The notes: a model not told the origin generated them from the sequence alone. Positions 1 through 11,104 are shown, counted from the first letter of the whole stretch. The stretch: DNA of 61,239 nt, filler included, from Platydemus manokwari (GCA_037951405.1; 6 parts of 6 records of this genome joined end to end with filler, not necessarily neighbours in it); one strand, 5' to 3'. Program-made: numbers and translations.

Positions 1-504
1 TTTATGTAAATAAAATTGATATTTCGCTGATATCATTTATGATAATAATATTAATAATTTTAATAATTAAAATGATAAAAATTTGATAAAAATGATAATA
101 ATAGGTATATTGAAATATTATTTATAGACTGTTCATACATGTTGGGGTTCGGGTCCATAAGTTACTTACAACAATGTAAGTAACATTAATTAAAAAATTG
201 CATGACAATACGTATAAAATGTGTATTAATTTTTATTTAATCAATGTGTATTTTTTATATTTTGACACTTTGGAATTACCGTTTTGGAATATATTTATAA
301 TAATTATTATTTATATATCCGTAAAATAATAATATCAATAAAACCACCAATATCAAACCCGTCGAAATTCCCTAAAATAATAAATTAACTTATAAAATGT
401 CAGTACGCTATGAGTTATCGAGCTATGAGTTATTCGCTTTTGTAATTAGTTTACATTTTAAAGTGGCTTTAACGGGTTCAATTTTTATATTATATATTAT
501 TTCT

Positions 505-800
505 AAAAAATCTAGCACAGTAATAATATTTACTAGTAAGAATTTAGAATGGAAATTTACTTTTCCAGTGCCTTTAAAATTAGATTAAAGATTTGAATAT
601 GTCAATAAATGTTTAATGTCAATAAATGTTTATAATTCTGTTTATAATATTAATAATAGTATTAATAATTCCTTTGATTACGTAAATAAATTATATGAAA
701 TTCCACCTGATGCTAGAGAAATTCCTGATATAAATGAAAGTATACAAAAAAGTGTTGGTTAGTATAAAATTAATTTAACCACACAAGTTGATAGTAATAA
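505..800 (+). pseudogene. Polinton/Maverick minor capsid protein (penton) N-terminal remnant
   Basis: Frame of ORF 397..588 read through stops at 586-588 and 760-762: KSSTVIIFTSKNLEWKFTFPVPLKLD*RFEYVNKCLMSINVYNSVYNINNSINNSFDYVNKLYEIPPDAREIPDINESIQK. This fits the Polinton penton pattern (F-x-P-P/V-I/L-x-L...YE...YNS-x-x-NI...NN-x-F-x-Y...IP-x-G-x-YEI-x-DIN). Confidence 0.7.
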
Positions 801-1435
801 AAACCCAATATATATATTGAGGGTATATTTTGAATTCTTTACATGATTTAAGATATGCATCATTAGAGGGATCCTGATTGTTTTTTGTGATATCAAATTG
901 CATTTTATTAGCTGGATAGTTACTGCTATTCAATCTAATTTTTAATGATTTTATATATTTATCAGTTCCAATAAGTTGAATCAATTTTGAATTATTGTTA
1001 GTAAAACTAATATCAGCATCTTTAAAATCAATTATAAAATATCTCGGTCTATTCTTTAATAAAGCTATTTGTCATGTAAAAATTTGGAATATCAATTAGA
1101 TTTGAAAGCCTATTTAAGTAATTAACCCGAATTGGTTTATAAGTTCGTATTTTTTCAAATAATTCAAGCATATAAAATTCCAATGAATTGATAAGTAAGT
1201 TTCCCTTCCCCCTTGTTCCGTAAAATATTTTTATATCACCCATATTTCTGTTTAAGGTTAATTTAATAATCATCAAAAATAATGGCTTATTATAGCTTTC
1301 TAAAAATCCAAATATGTGTTTTAATAGAAATCGTCCTGTGAACTTGCTTTTTAAATTATAAAAGGCTTTTTTCCTTTTGAATCCGCTATTTTCTTTATCC
1401 GGATCTTCTGTAGTTTTATCTGGAATCCATAGTGT
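790..1435 (-). pseudogene. Polinton/Maverick double jelly-roll major capsid protein remnant
   Basis: ORF 1049..1447 contains ENSGFKRKK...LLKHIFGFLESYNKPLF...KLTLNRN. After a frameshift at ~1050 it reads NRPRYFIIDFK...IKSLKIRLNSSNYP...DAY (into ORF 775..984). These match Polinton MCP motifs N-x-GF-x-x-R, PLKHIFGF-x-E-x-Y-x-K, KPRYIIVGFQ and LNS-x-x-YP in the correct order. Confidence 0.8.
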
Positions 1436-1440
1436 GACGT

Positions 1441-2298
1441 TGGTCACATTACCGTCAAAAATTCTTATTCAGATCGTAGAAAGCTGGTAAAGCTGTAAGT
1501 GATTCTGCGTACCATCTATCAACACTTGCAGAAAAAACATTCAGACCGAAAGCGTAGTGCCCAGCACAAACGCGAAAAATGGTTGAGGATAAATTTTTGA
1601 AAGGAGTACATCAACACATCAGTACAGCGCTCAGCCTCGTCGATTATACCGCCTACGATGAACTCATTAAAAAAGCTATGAGAGTGGAAATGAACTCCAC
1701 ATCGATAATTCGCCAGTCTGTCACATATGCCACAGAAACAGATCTCTCTTTTATGGGTAAAATTGAAAAGGTATCACCCACGAAATCCATCGACAATATC
1801 CATCCAAAATCTACGCGATCACTCACAAAATTACGTCAATCGTCTTTTAGCAACTCTCCAAAGAAACAGGAAGGGGTCACATATTTTAAATACAATCGAA
1901 TTAGACACTATGCCAATCAATGCAAATTCGCATTTACCAGTGAAAATTCGTCGAAATCTCAAAGTAGTTCCACTTCTCCAATTCTTAAACGGCGAGATTC
2001 ACCAGTTCGAGACAACAGATCACGCATTACATGCGGTAAAATCGGTCATCTTGTGTTAGACTGCAAAACAGGAATCTTCACTAAATCACCTCTTTGAGAC
2101 ATCTTTAACACTCAGGGTCATATTAATTGCTTCTCATGTGGTAACTTTGGGCATTTTGCCAGATCATGTCCACGAAACACCAGTAGATTTCAACAATCGT
2201 CTCCCAAAAAGAAAGTAAGCTTTCAAGACGATCAATCCAAAAATAATTTAACACAATCTGAATCACAAAATCCATGGGAATCAGAAATATTGATGTGA
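1441..2298 (+). pseudogene. Ty3/Gypsy gag with three CCHC zinc knuckles (two degenerate)
   Basis: One frame across stops: YRQKFLFRS*KAGKAVSDSAYHLSTLAEK...EDKFLKGVHQHI...DELIKKAMRVE (retrotransposon gag capsid region). Knuckles: YFKYNRIRHYANQC (degenerate), ITCGKIGHLVLDC (degenerate), CFSCGNFGHFARSC (intact, starts 2128). Confidence 0.85.
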
Positions 2299-2554
2299 AA
2301 AATAAGCTAGAACGATGGATCAAGAAGCTAGGAGGTGAAGAAGGGCTTAATTTAATGATTAAACCAAATAAATTGTTGAGATGGAGAAATGAAGATTATG
2401 ATAGTAGTGTTGAAAATATTGATGATGATGAGAGTATTAAAAAATTGAGGAGTTGGAAAATAAAATTGAAAACTTGTATGATACGTTTTGAGGAAATTTC
2501 GAGAATAGTTTGGAATACGGTGATGGACAGCCGTAAACTTTCTAATTTAGGCTT

Positions 2555-3537
2555 TTGAGAAGTAGGGCAATTAATTCAGGATTTATGAAGATAATGAAGG
2601 AAATGTTAGATTTTGTAGCAGTTACTTATAAAGGAAAAGATTTTGAAATTTTTCTTGAAGATCGGATAGGAGATTTGATTAAAGTAGAGCTAAATTCTGT
2701 TTCAATAGTTCGAGATATTAGAGGCCAGATTGTTGGAGGAGATGCTCAACTTACGTTTTTGAATCAAATTTTACGTGAAGATAATTATGTTATGATTTAT
2801 GGCATCGTGCCAGAAAATGATATTGTTGTGAAAATGAAAAAACTATGTATAGGAGAATTGATGGCGTCTGCCAAAATGTTAACGTAGGTGAGTACGCTTT
2901 TTAAGAAGGAGCCATTGAATTTCAGCGAAATAGTGAAAATTTTGGAAATTATAAAGGAAAATGTATCAATGTTTCGTAATTTTAGTGAGTTAATATTTTT
3001 GTTTGTACCGTATATAGAACAATGTTTACCTATTGGTTGTACTTTCAGAAGTATTTTTACGTTGTGTGAGAAAATGTGGGAAAAGGAAGGTCTAAATATA
3101 TCTCCATTTTAGATCAGTTTGATGAAATCAGTAAATGAAATGGAGAATTTCAAAGAGCATTGATGTTCAAAGGTAAAGAAAATGAGAAGAAGGATTTCAG
3201 ATAAGTTGTGAAACGAAGCAGTTATTTTTTATCATATTGCGGTCAAAATTTATATGATGATGAATATTTGTTGAATTATGGATGTGTTACTGGAAAAGCA
3301 AATAAAATTAGCGTTGAATTTCATTACGAGCAAGGCATTATTAATGAGAACGTAGAATATGAACGAGCCAATTTGCATAAAAATGATGTTACGTACCACA
3401 TTCAAGAGGCAGCATTTAATTTGACATTTCATCAAGATTTTGATACTTCTAATAATAATAATTATTATTATAGAGACGTTATTAAAAAGGAAAATTCGGA
3501 ATTTAATGAAATTGAATTAATCAATAATAAAAATTGA
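2555..3537 (+). pseudogene. Accessory ORF remnant with ubiquitin-like domains
   Basis: ORF 2555..2887: FEIFLEDRIGDLIKVELNSVSIVRDIRGQI...QLTFLNQILREDNYVMIYGIVPENDIVVKMK aligns residue-for-pattern with ubiquitin (MQIFVKTLTGKTITLEVE...[28 protein letters not shown]). ORF 3208..3537: YFLSYCGQNLYDDEYLLNYGC resembles the C-terminal half of a second Ubl. Confidence 0.6.
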
Positions 3538-3588
3538 ATATATTTAATGAAATCAAAAAATAAGAAAAGTAAAATATTATGAAGTGGA

Positions 3589-4390
3589 ATGTTATCCTTA
3601 AACTTTTGGAGCAAAGCAATAATTTTTATGATGATGTTGATGACATTTGACGTCGGTAACAGAGTTAGAACCTTAATTGCGTATGATTGCTCTAAAACAG
3701 AAATGGGGAAAATTTATTCATTAATGGATATAACGGTATGTCCAGAAGCATATCCAATGAAAATCTCTACTGACAAAAACGAGCATTACATTTTATATCA
3801 GGAATCGAATTTTATTAGAGTGCAAGTAAAAGAATGCGTCGTTAACAAGACAACTTTTGTTTTTCATTGTGATAAATGGAGTCATACATCGTTGATCAAG
3901 ATGAAGGCAATCACCAGACCGTTAGAGATAAACGCTGAAAACTGTGAAGCAGCTTTTTAAACAAGGAAATTAAAAATAGACAATGAAATTAAATTATTCG
4001 CAAAAAGAGGCTATATCATGAGAGAATCCTTTGTAGTTAGAGTATCCGTAGAAGCCGATGGTGAATGTTGAGGTGAACCATATAAATTTTCTGGACAAAT
4101 CGTCAGTAAAGCTGTAGTTATGGAAAAATATTCCGTCGAAATACGACAATGGGAAGGTGAATTTGATGAAATTAAAGGAAAATGCAAACTCTTCCATTTT
4201 GTAACTCAAAACACAAAAGTTACCAAATCAGTGAGTTAGTCTTGGTAGATAACGTAAGGTCACAAGACTGTAATTTGGCATTTTTAAAAGAAATTAATCT
4301 AATGGAAGTTAATGATAAACGAGTAAATAAAGTTATTAACAACTTGCCTTTTGATCGAACACCTAAGAGTACGATAAAGGCCATCACAGT
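3589..4390 (+). pseudogene. Chuvirus-like envelope glycoprotein, N-terminal ~260 aa, with in-frame stops and one frameshift
   Basis: Hydrophobic signal peptide, then LIAYDC...YSLMDITVCP...LYQ...VKECVV...FHCDKWSHTS...INAENCEAAF*TRKL...SVEADGEC*GEPY...VVMEKYSVEI...FCNSKHKSY...DCNL. Cys spacing and the YDC, C-x-x-x-SH-x-S and DG-x-C-x-G motifs follow chuvirus-type glycoproteins and their retroelement-borne relatives. Confidence 0.7.
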
Positions 4391-4469
4391 AAGAGCGAAG
4401 CGAATACGAGACTTTCACAAACGAACTTCCAATCTACGTCGAAGGAAATAAAGACTCTCCACACGGATT

Positions 4470-5400
4470 TAATTAAATAACAATCAAGATAAGGCAATTA
4501 TTGACTCGGGATCAAACATCAATATAATATCAAGAGACTTTCTAACACAAAGGAAGAAGAAAATATAGTTTGGGGAGAAGAGAGTATAAAAACAATATCA
4601 GGGTTAGGACCACAAATGGTAGGAAGAACTATTGTAAATATTGAAATGACGGGTAAAATAATACAACATATTGTGGTTTCAATGGACGATTGCCCATTTA
4701 AATATCTATTAGAAATGGATATGCTAGAACGACTAGGAAACATTGCATTAGATTTTCTAACAGGAAATCTTGTCGAAGCCACATCTGGCAAATTAATGCA
4801 TAAATCTAATGAAGTATATTTATATAGTATGTTAATTATACTACCACGTTCAGAGGGTATATATTATGCTAGCACATCTGAAACAGAAAAGGAATGTTTA
4901 TTATTCGAACCAAAAAAACAATTTGTACAAAAATATGAAATACCAGTTTGTTATGAATTAGTATTGATAGATAATCAAAGGATTCCAGTTAGACTAGCCC
5001 ATTTTGAAAATAGAATGATGCCACTTAATCCTAATACAGTTCTCGAAGTATTATCAACTATATGTGATATTGACCCGACTATTAAGAGATTACTTACAAA
5101 AAATTATGATAATATAAATATTGACAGTGAAGTTATAAATGAAAATCAAAAATTAAAATTAAAATTGTTAATTAAAATATATGGTGATATCGTAGCGAAA
5201 CATGAATTCGACGTATGTAGCGCTCATGTGGCTGAACATGAAATACCTTTATTACCAAGTAAAGAGACACCCATAAGAATGAAACAGTACCGTATATCGT
5301 ACGCACACTTGGAAGAAAGTAGAAGACAAAAACAACAAATGCTTGAGAATAACTTTATAAGACCCAGTTTTTCCGCATGGAGGCGTCTCAGCAATCAAAC
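4470..5400 (+). pseudogene. Gypsy pol N-terminus: aspartic protease and truncated reverse transcriptase
   Basis: LNNNQDKAIIDSGSNINIIS (catalytic DSG 4503-4511). ORF 4616..5476 has YLLEMDMLERLG (protease C-terminus) and HEIPL...PIRMKQYRI...QMLENNFIRPSFSAW (RT N-terminal P-x-x-x-x-PYR...ML...I-x-PS-x-SPW motif); truncated before the YxDD motif. Confidence 0.85.
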
Positions 5401-5689
5401 ATCGATAGTGAACCTCATCAAAGTGTTGAAGCAGCTAAATTTGGCAAAGTATTTCAATCCTTCATCTACAACTTGATCGAGTAGAAGCTCAAAAATAAAT
5501 TGATTTTGTTTATTTACTGTTATGATAAAAAAATAAAACAAGACACCGCTAACAGTTGATATATTTTCATGATTTCAAATAGCAATGATTTTGGCTACTC
5601 TTTTTAATATGATCTTAATAATAAAAAAAACTTGATTGAATGAGTCAATTCATAACCCCTCTGAAAACCAAATCAGGCAAAAGTGATTT

Positions 5690-7060
5690 TTACTAAAATT
5701 CAAACTGGAGACCAGTTACAATGTGTTCACAAACATCTTGGCAGATATTTTGCCGCCATGGATCTATTTTAATAAATACCAAGTCGTTGTCAAAATAAAA
5801 GGATGGCGTTTGAGTGATTTATTGAATACAATGCCTTCTTAAATAAAACTTTTGAATACCATAAACGCAAATAAGAAGCTACTGCGATTTCTTGGCTCAA
5901 TACATAAGCCCATTTCCAAGTGCGCCACGCAAAGTTATGTTTCAAGTATTGAGTCAATACGATATTTCTTCCAAATGATCAGACATATCACTAACATAAG
6001 CATGTACTATAAGTGTTTACAAGCATTCACTACTGAGACACCGATTAATGTGCAGGTTTTACAAGATGTCCCTTTTCTATTGCCATCTTAATAAACCCAC
6101 TGCTAATCGCAATTGAACAGGCAGATTTTCAGGCTTATATAATTTTCGAAAATAAATTGCAAAATCATATCTTCGCAAGGTTCAAGAGTTCCAGATCAAA
6201 TTTGCTTTCTCACATCTTTAGTAAAAATTTAGGCTATAACAAGATCGTTTGGAACGGTCTTATTGTTACAAAGGCTTGAACTTTCGTACATTATGCAAGA
6301 CTGAGAACTCAGTTTTGTTAGAGATCAGCTCAAGCAAAAATGTCATCGATGTTGCAATGAAGAGGAATCACTTACTGTGGGAAATAACTTATTCTATTTG
6401 ATTATTTCATCGATAAATTCTCTGTGTGTTGTTTTAATGAGTGAATTTATTATATGGTAATTTCTGATGATCTATATTAATGAAACGGATCCATTTCTTG
6501 TTGAATGTGACACCAAACCTAAATTAAGAGTGGATCTGTATATTGAGGACAGTTTGAAAAGAAAGATAATTATAGCGAGCATTAGATACCCACTGAATAT
6601 AGATCGCTTGTTTGACGAAGGAGATGAAATTATTTGAGGGAAACATGCAATGCAAACCCTTACTGCACTGTGTTGATTTACACTAGAATAGTGTGGTCTC
6701 TAGATTTGGTTTCCTAAAGAATATATTATTAAGTGCCTTTTCAAGTATCATAAGGGTCAGATCTACAAGTTAGAAGAAATGCCCATATTAATGGGCAGGA
6801 GTTAAAACTCTCGAACCCATGAAATACAGACAGCCATAATTATACTCGTCGAAACCTAAGGTAAAAACATCTCTCACTATCCTTCAAGTCACAAGTAAAG
6901 CAAAAAGAGGTATAAAAAGTGTGGTAGCCTTGGAGACATTTTGCAGCTTGTTATTCGAAAACAAATTTACCTATGGTTCTAAAATTCTTTCAATACTCGA
7001 CGAGTTGTACTAAAAGTTGTGGAAAAAACTGCTGAAAATGACAGTTTTATGCCCATGAGT
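5690..7060 (+). mobile_element. Heavily decayed Academ-like DNA transposase remnant
   Basis: Scattered motifs in the expected order: TG-x-QLQCVHKHLGRYFAAMD (~5703-5765), DPF (~6488), THE-[ADT]-IIL-like (~6815-6850), ALETFCSLLF (~6927), SCTKSCGKNC (~7003-7032). Confidence 0.45.
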
Positions 7061-7599
7061 ACTACAAAAAAGTGATAAATACTTTCATGATAACATATTT
7101 CGACAATCTAATAGAAATTCCAGAGAATCTGATTGAGTAGTTCCTTTTTTCTTTCTTTCTCCAAATCGAAAGGTCTGGATTCAGTAATTCATCTTGATAT
7201 GAAATATCTCTCCGTCTCAATTGGCTCGTCTCATTCTCAGCTAGAATGCTGCTTTGTGGTCATGCAAACCATTTACTCGCAAACTAATCGATTTAAATTC
7301 AACTTAAAAAACTTTTTATTTAATATAATAAACTTTATTTACAATATAAAATTCTTTTAGATTTTATCAAAATTAATTAGTTAAAATAAATTATTAAACT
7401 TTTTGAATTTGTTAAAACTGGATATTGAATGCGTTAATTTTAAAATCGGACATAATGGGGGTGAATGTTTCCATAAGTTAAAAATTTATTTATGTTATTA
7501 AAATATAGAGTCAAAACTTATTTAAATAAAATTATTATATTCGTTAATAAAGTTCTGAATAGTAGAACTAATAATTTGAAAATATTAAAAATATATTTT

Positions 7600-8200
7600 T
7601 TTTGAGCTATGTGAACTGTATTCGGTTTTTGACTGTTTCACATGTTTCTTTAAAATAATGTGTCTTCTGCTTTGACTCACTTGTTTGTCTAGTTATCATC
7701 TTTCTAAATTTTGTTGTCATTTGATTGATTGGGATTAACCAGTAACATTATTCATTTTTCCATTTGATTGCCTGTTGTTTCTGAGTAAGCTGAATCTTAA
7801 TATTGCAATAATCGCTCATTGATTTTGTTCCGGAATTTATCACACATTGTCTTTGCTTTATTTGCACCAACATCGAATTGCCATTGAGAGTAATTTCATG
7901 TGATATTTGAAATTACAAAATTATTCCAATTTTTCTGAAAGATTGTGCCATTGTATCGCATACATTGAAGATAGTTTTAAAGAATATTGACCATTTAGAA
8001 TTGATAAATGGCAAAAATCATGTTCTTCAGATTATCGAATGGGTCTTTGCTGTATTCTTATCTGTTTGATTAAAAATCAGTATGTTTAATTTTGACAGCT
8101 TGCGTTTTTATTAATCCGAATAACCATTTCTGTGCATTATCAACCAAATAATATTCATAAACTTAAATATGAAACTTGGGAAGTATTTCAGGAAAAATTT
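7600..8200 (-). mobile_element. Possible Penelope-like element remnant (RT C-terminus / GIY-YIG)
   Basis: Minus-strand fragments HRNGYS, LPFINSK and KINERLLQY resemble the PLE motifs NGYP, LPYI and L-x-x-R-x-x-E/QH; very degraded. Confidence 0.3.
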
Positions 8201-8263
8201 GATCATACATTTCCTTCTAACTAAAATACAATAAGTAATTTAGTTAGAAGGAAATGTATGATC
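8201..8263. repeat. Perfect 25-bp inverted repeat with 13-nt spacer
   Basis: gatcatacatttccttctaactaaa (8201-8225) / tttagttagaaggaaatgtatgatc (8239-8263). Confidence 0.95.
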
Positions 8264-9626
8264 TAAGTAAATACAATAAGTAAGCCATAAGCACTGAAGC
8301 TACCGACCAAAAAAGACTGGCCATTGTTGCCAAAAAGGGGGTCTTTTATAAAATATTCGTACACACATTATTACATTGATTAATTAAAACAAATCGTTCT
8401 GCAATATTCTATTAATTTTTATTGTTTGGCTTAAGCAAATTATTAATGATCTTTTTAAAGAAAATTTCTAAGTATATTTATTTAGAATTTTTTTTAATTA
8501 TTTTTTAAAAGTTAATTTATTTTACCTACTCGACAACCCCAACAATACCACTATTGTTTGTAAAAATACAAATATTCGTCATATTATTAGGAGAAGTGGT
8601 ATGCAGTTACATATGAAAAGAAATTTCAGTGCAGTTGTTGAATAGCGATGATTGTACGAATGGACTTATAGTTTATGTTAAGAGAAAACTTCATTTTAAT
8701 AAATGAATAAAGCCTAATGTTCTTCTTATTTAATTATATAGATTGACATTAGACCAACAGATTTCAATCCAAGAAAAGAGATCTGTAAAGATCCCAGAAC
8801 CAAGTATTATCAATATATCGACTGTACAACATTGTCTGAGTCTCATGGAAACGAATATTGTCATGTACTATTTCAAACAATCAATTCACAAAATATTGAT
8901 TCCGAAACAGGAGAATAACTAAAGTATGTACAGTTTTATAATAAAACGAAGAAGAAATATAATACGTAGATTGTTGACGAATAACAAAACATTTTTAATG
9001 ACCAGCCAAAAAGTTAGTTAGACATTTAAGATAATATTTATTATGTCAGATCGTTATGCAATATTCAGATCATAGTTTATTCAAATCATTTATGGATCAT
9101 AGACATGCTACAACTGGATTTTTCCGGTTGATGATAAATACAATATTATAGTAGTATGATACAGAAACCAAACATACAACAGCTAAATTAAATTCGAATG
9201 AGAAGACGATAACACAAAATTTTATTGAAAGAATCTGTTTTCGATTGATAGCACTGTAAAAACTATTAACAGATTGCGGAACGATTTTCCTAAGTGATTT
9301 ATTTAAAACCACCACATATTTATTCAAAATCCTAAGGTTGAATACATTTTATTATTGTCTATTTTCAAAAATAATCAAAACGTTATCAATTTCTGACATA
9401 GCCCATTCAGTGACAATGATGTTAACTAGCTCTTCTGTGTTAATTGTGATGATAACGGTTATTAGATTATGATCCACTATTAAATCGTCTATTGATAATG
9501 GTCGTCAATAAAATTCGTTGCGAGCTACAACTCAAGCTACTATGTTTACAGTAACATTTTTTATTTGAATTTCTATTGAAATATGTTATTATATTTTATT
9601 TTGGATTTCATGTATGTGATCTAAAT

Positions 9627-9910
9627 CAGGGGTGGCCAACCGGCCGATCGCTATCGACTGGCTGATCTTGAAGCCAATTTTAGTCTATCGCGTGAGATGT
9701 TATTCAAATGAAAAGTCGATCTTACGATATTATAACGATAATCTGATTTTTATCTTTACAAAGGAAAAACATGCCAAGAGTTGGGTAATGACTGGCCTAA
9801 GAAACAATGCACTTATGTAACAAAATGTAACAAATTGAATTTTAAATTCTAATTTTATTTGTATAGGTAGGCGATTAAATCTCTTTTCGGACCTCTGAAT
9901 TTGGTGACCA
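9627..9910 (+). mobile_element. hAT (Charlie/Buster-type) non-autonomous element or terminal fragment
   Basis: Starts CAGGGGTGGCCAACCGGCCGATCGCTATCGACTGG, typical of hAT-Charlie TIR/subterminal sequence; right end degenerate. Confidence 0.45.
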
Positions 9911-10931
9911 TAAAAGTGTGGTAGCCGTTGCCAAGAATAGGCTTTTTATAATGATTCTGTTGGCATTATAGTATTGGCTTAATTAAACAAAATTTTCCAG
10001 AATCTCCTATTATTTTTTTCTCAAAATACTTATTTATAATTGTTTACTTTTAACATTCCTGATATTGTCGACTCTAGAAGATACACAAGCGATTCGAGCT
10101 ATCTATATAAACGGGAGAGATTATGGGTAGATTATAGAAATAGAAAAATATCATTTGAAATGTATTGGAAACAAAGATTTATTTATATAGAACACTAATG
10201 GATAAGTTGCTCACTACAATCGTAAAAGTAATCAAGAAAAAGTTAAGTGATTGACCTGGAAGATATGTATTTGGAAGAAATTCAAAATATTTTTGAATTG
10301 GACGCTATTTAAAGAGAAGATGAGCTTCCATTTATGAGTACATAAAATAAATGGGATTATTTGGAGAAAGTATATCTGGAAAAAGTACAAATAATAGACA
10401 GAGAAATTGTTAATAATCTGACCTCAATCCAAATTCACCATTTTTACACAGAGACAATTTAAAACACAACTAAAATACATATTGGCTAATTGATATCAGC
10501 TTCTCAGATAATCTCTCAGTTATCTTAAAACATATCACGAAATATCCAAGATAAGAAAGCATTTAATTAGAAGTTAACACAGCCAGATATCGGAATTCGA
10601 GTCCTCAAAACAAAAAAGAAAACGTGAGGACATTTTTATCAAACCTCTAGTAATTTTTGGGATCCTTTCACATCAGCGAGGAGAAAGTACTATAAAAGCG
10701 CTGACAACCCATTCAGTGGGTTTTTATGTAAAATTTTGTTCATCGATCTATCCAACTTGTTAATTAACGTACTTATTCTAGATTAAAATATAACATCTAA
10801 CTCCAGCTATGCTTTAAAGATTTCCCATTTAGCTTTATTTTAAAACAATACTAGAAATCTTGGATATCGATCCATTTTGTTCTAATTTTAAACTAATTTT
10901 ATATAAATTGCAATTTGATCTATTTTGAAAT

Positions 10932-11031
10932 NNNNNNNNNNNNNNNNNNNNNNNNNNNNNNNNNNNNNNNNNNNNTTAATTAATTAANNNNNNNNNNNNN
11001 NNNNNNNNNNNNNNNNNNNNNNNNNNNNNNN
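10932..11031. other. Assembly gap with synthetic six-frame-stop linker (also 20323-20422, 29166-29265, 42141-42240, 51652-51751; plain N gap 29273-29442)
   Basis: N44-TTAATTAATTAA-N44, the same each time. Confidence 0.97.
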
Positions 11032-11104
11032 TGTTTAAATGATTTGGTAAAACAAAAACTTTAAACAACTAAAAAACATGAATAACTTTTGACTCAGCCT
11101 AATA
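11032..11104. mobile_element. mariner terminal fragment (TIR ending ...GACTCAGCCTAATA) at contig start
   Basis: Reverse complement TATTAGGCTGAGTCAAAAGTTATTCATG resembles mariner TIRs; identical to 20424-20496. Confidence 0.65.

Larger units (their letters stand above)
1441..5400 (+). mobile_element. Decayed Ty3/Gypsy LTR retrotransposon (gag, protease, start of RT) with an internal Ubl + glycoprotein cassette
   Basis: gag 1441-~2290, DSG protease motif at 4503-4511, RT N-terminal motif at ~5270-5380; many stops and frameshifts; no LTRs or integrase recognised. Confidence 0.8.

Noticed and set aside
130-370. YFDTLELP and NHQYQ resembling Polinton adenain-type protease motifs (YFDSFG, Q-x-Q)
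   Set aside because: Fits the context, but the catalytic His and Cys motifs are not recognisable; too weak.
10976-10987. Recurrent TTAATTAATTAA palindrome inside N runs
   Set aside because: Synthetic six-frame-stop scaffold linker, not biological.
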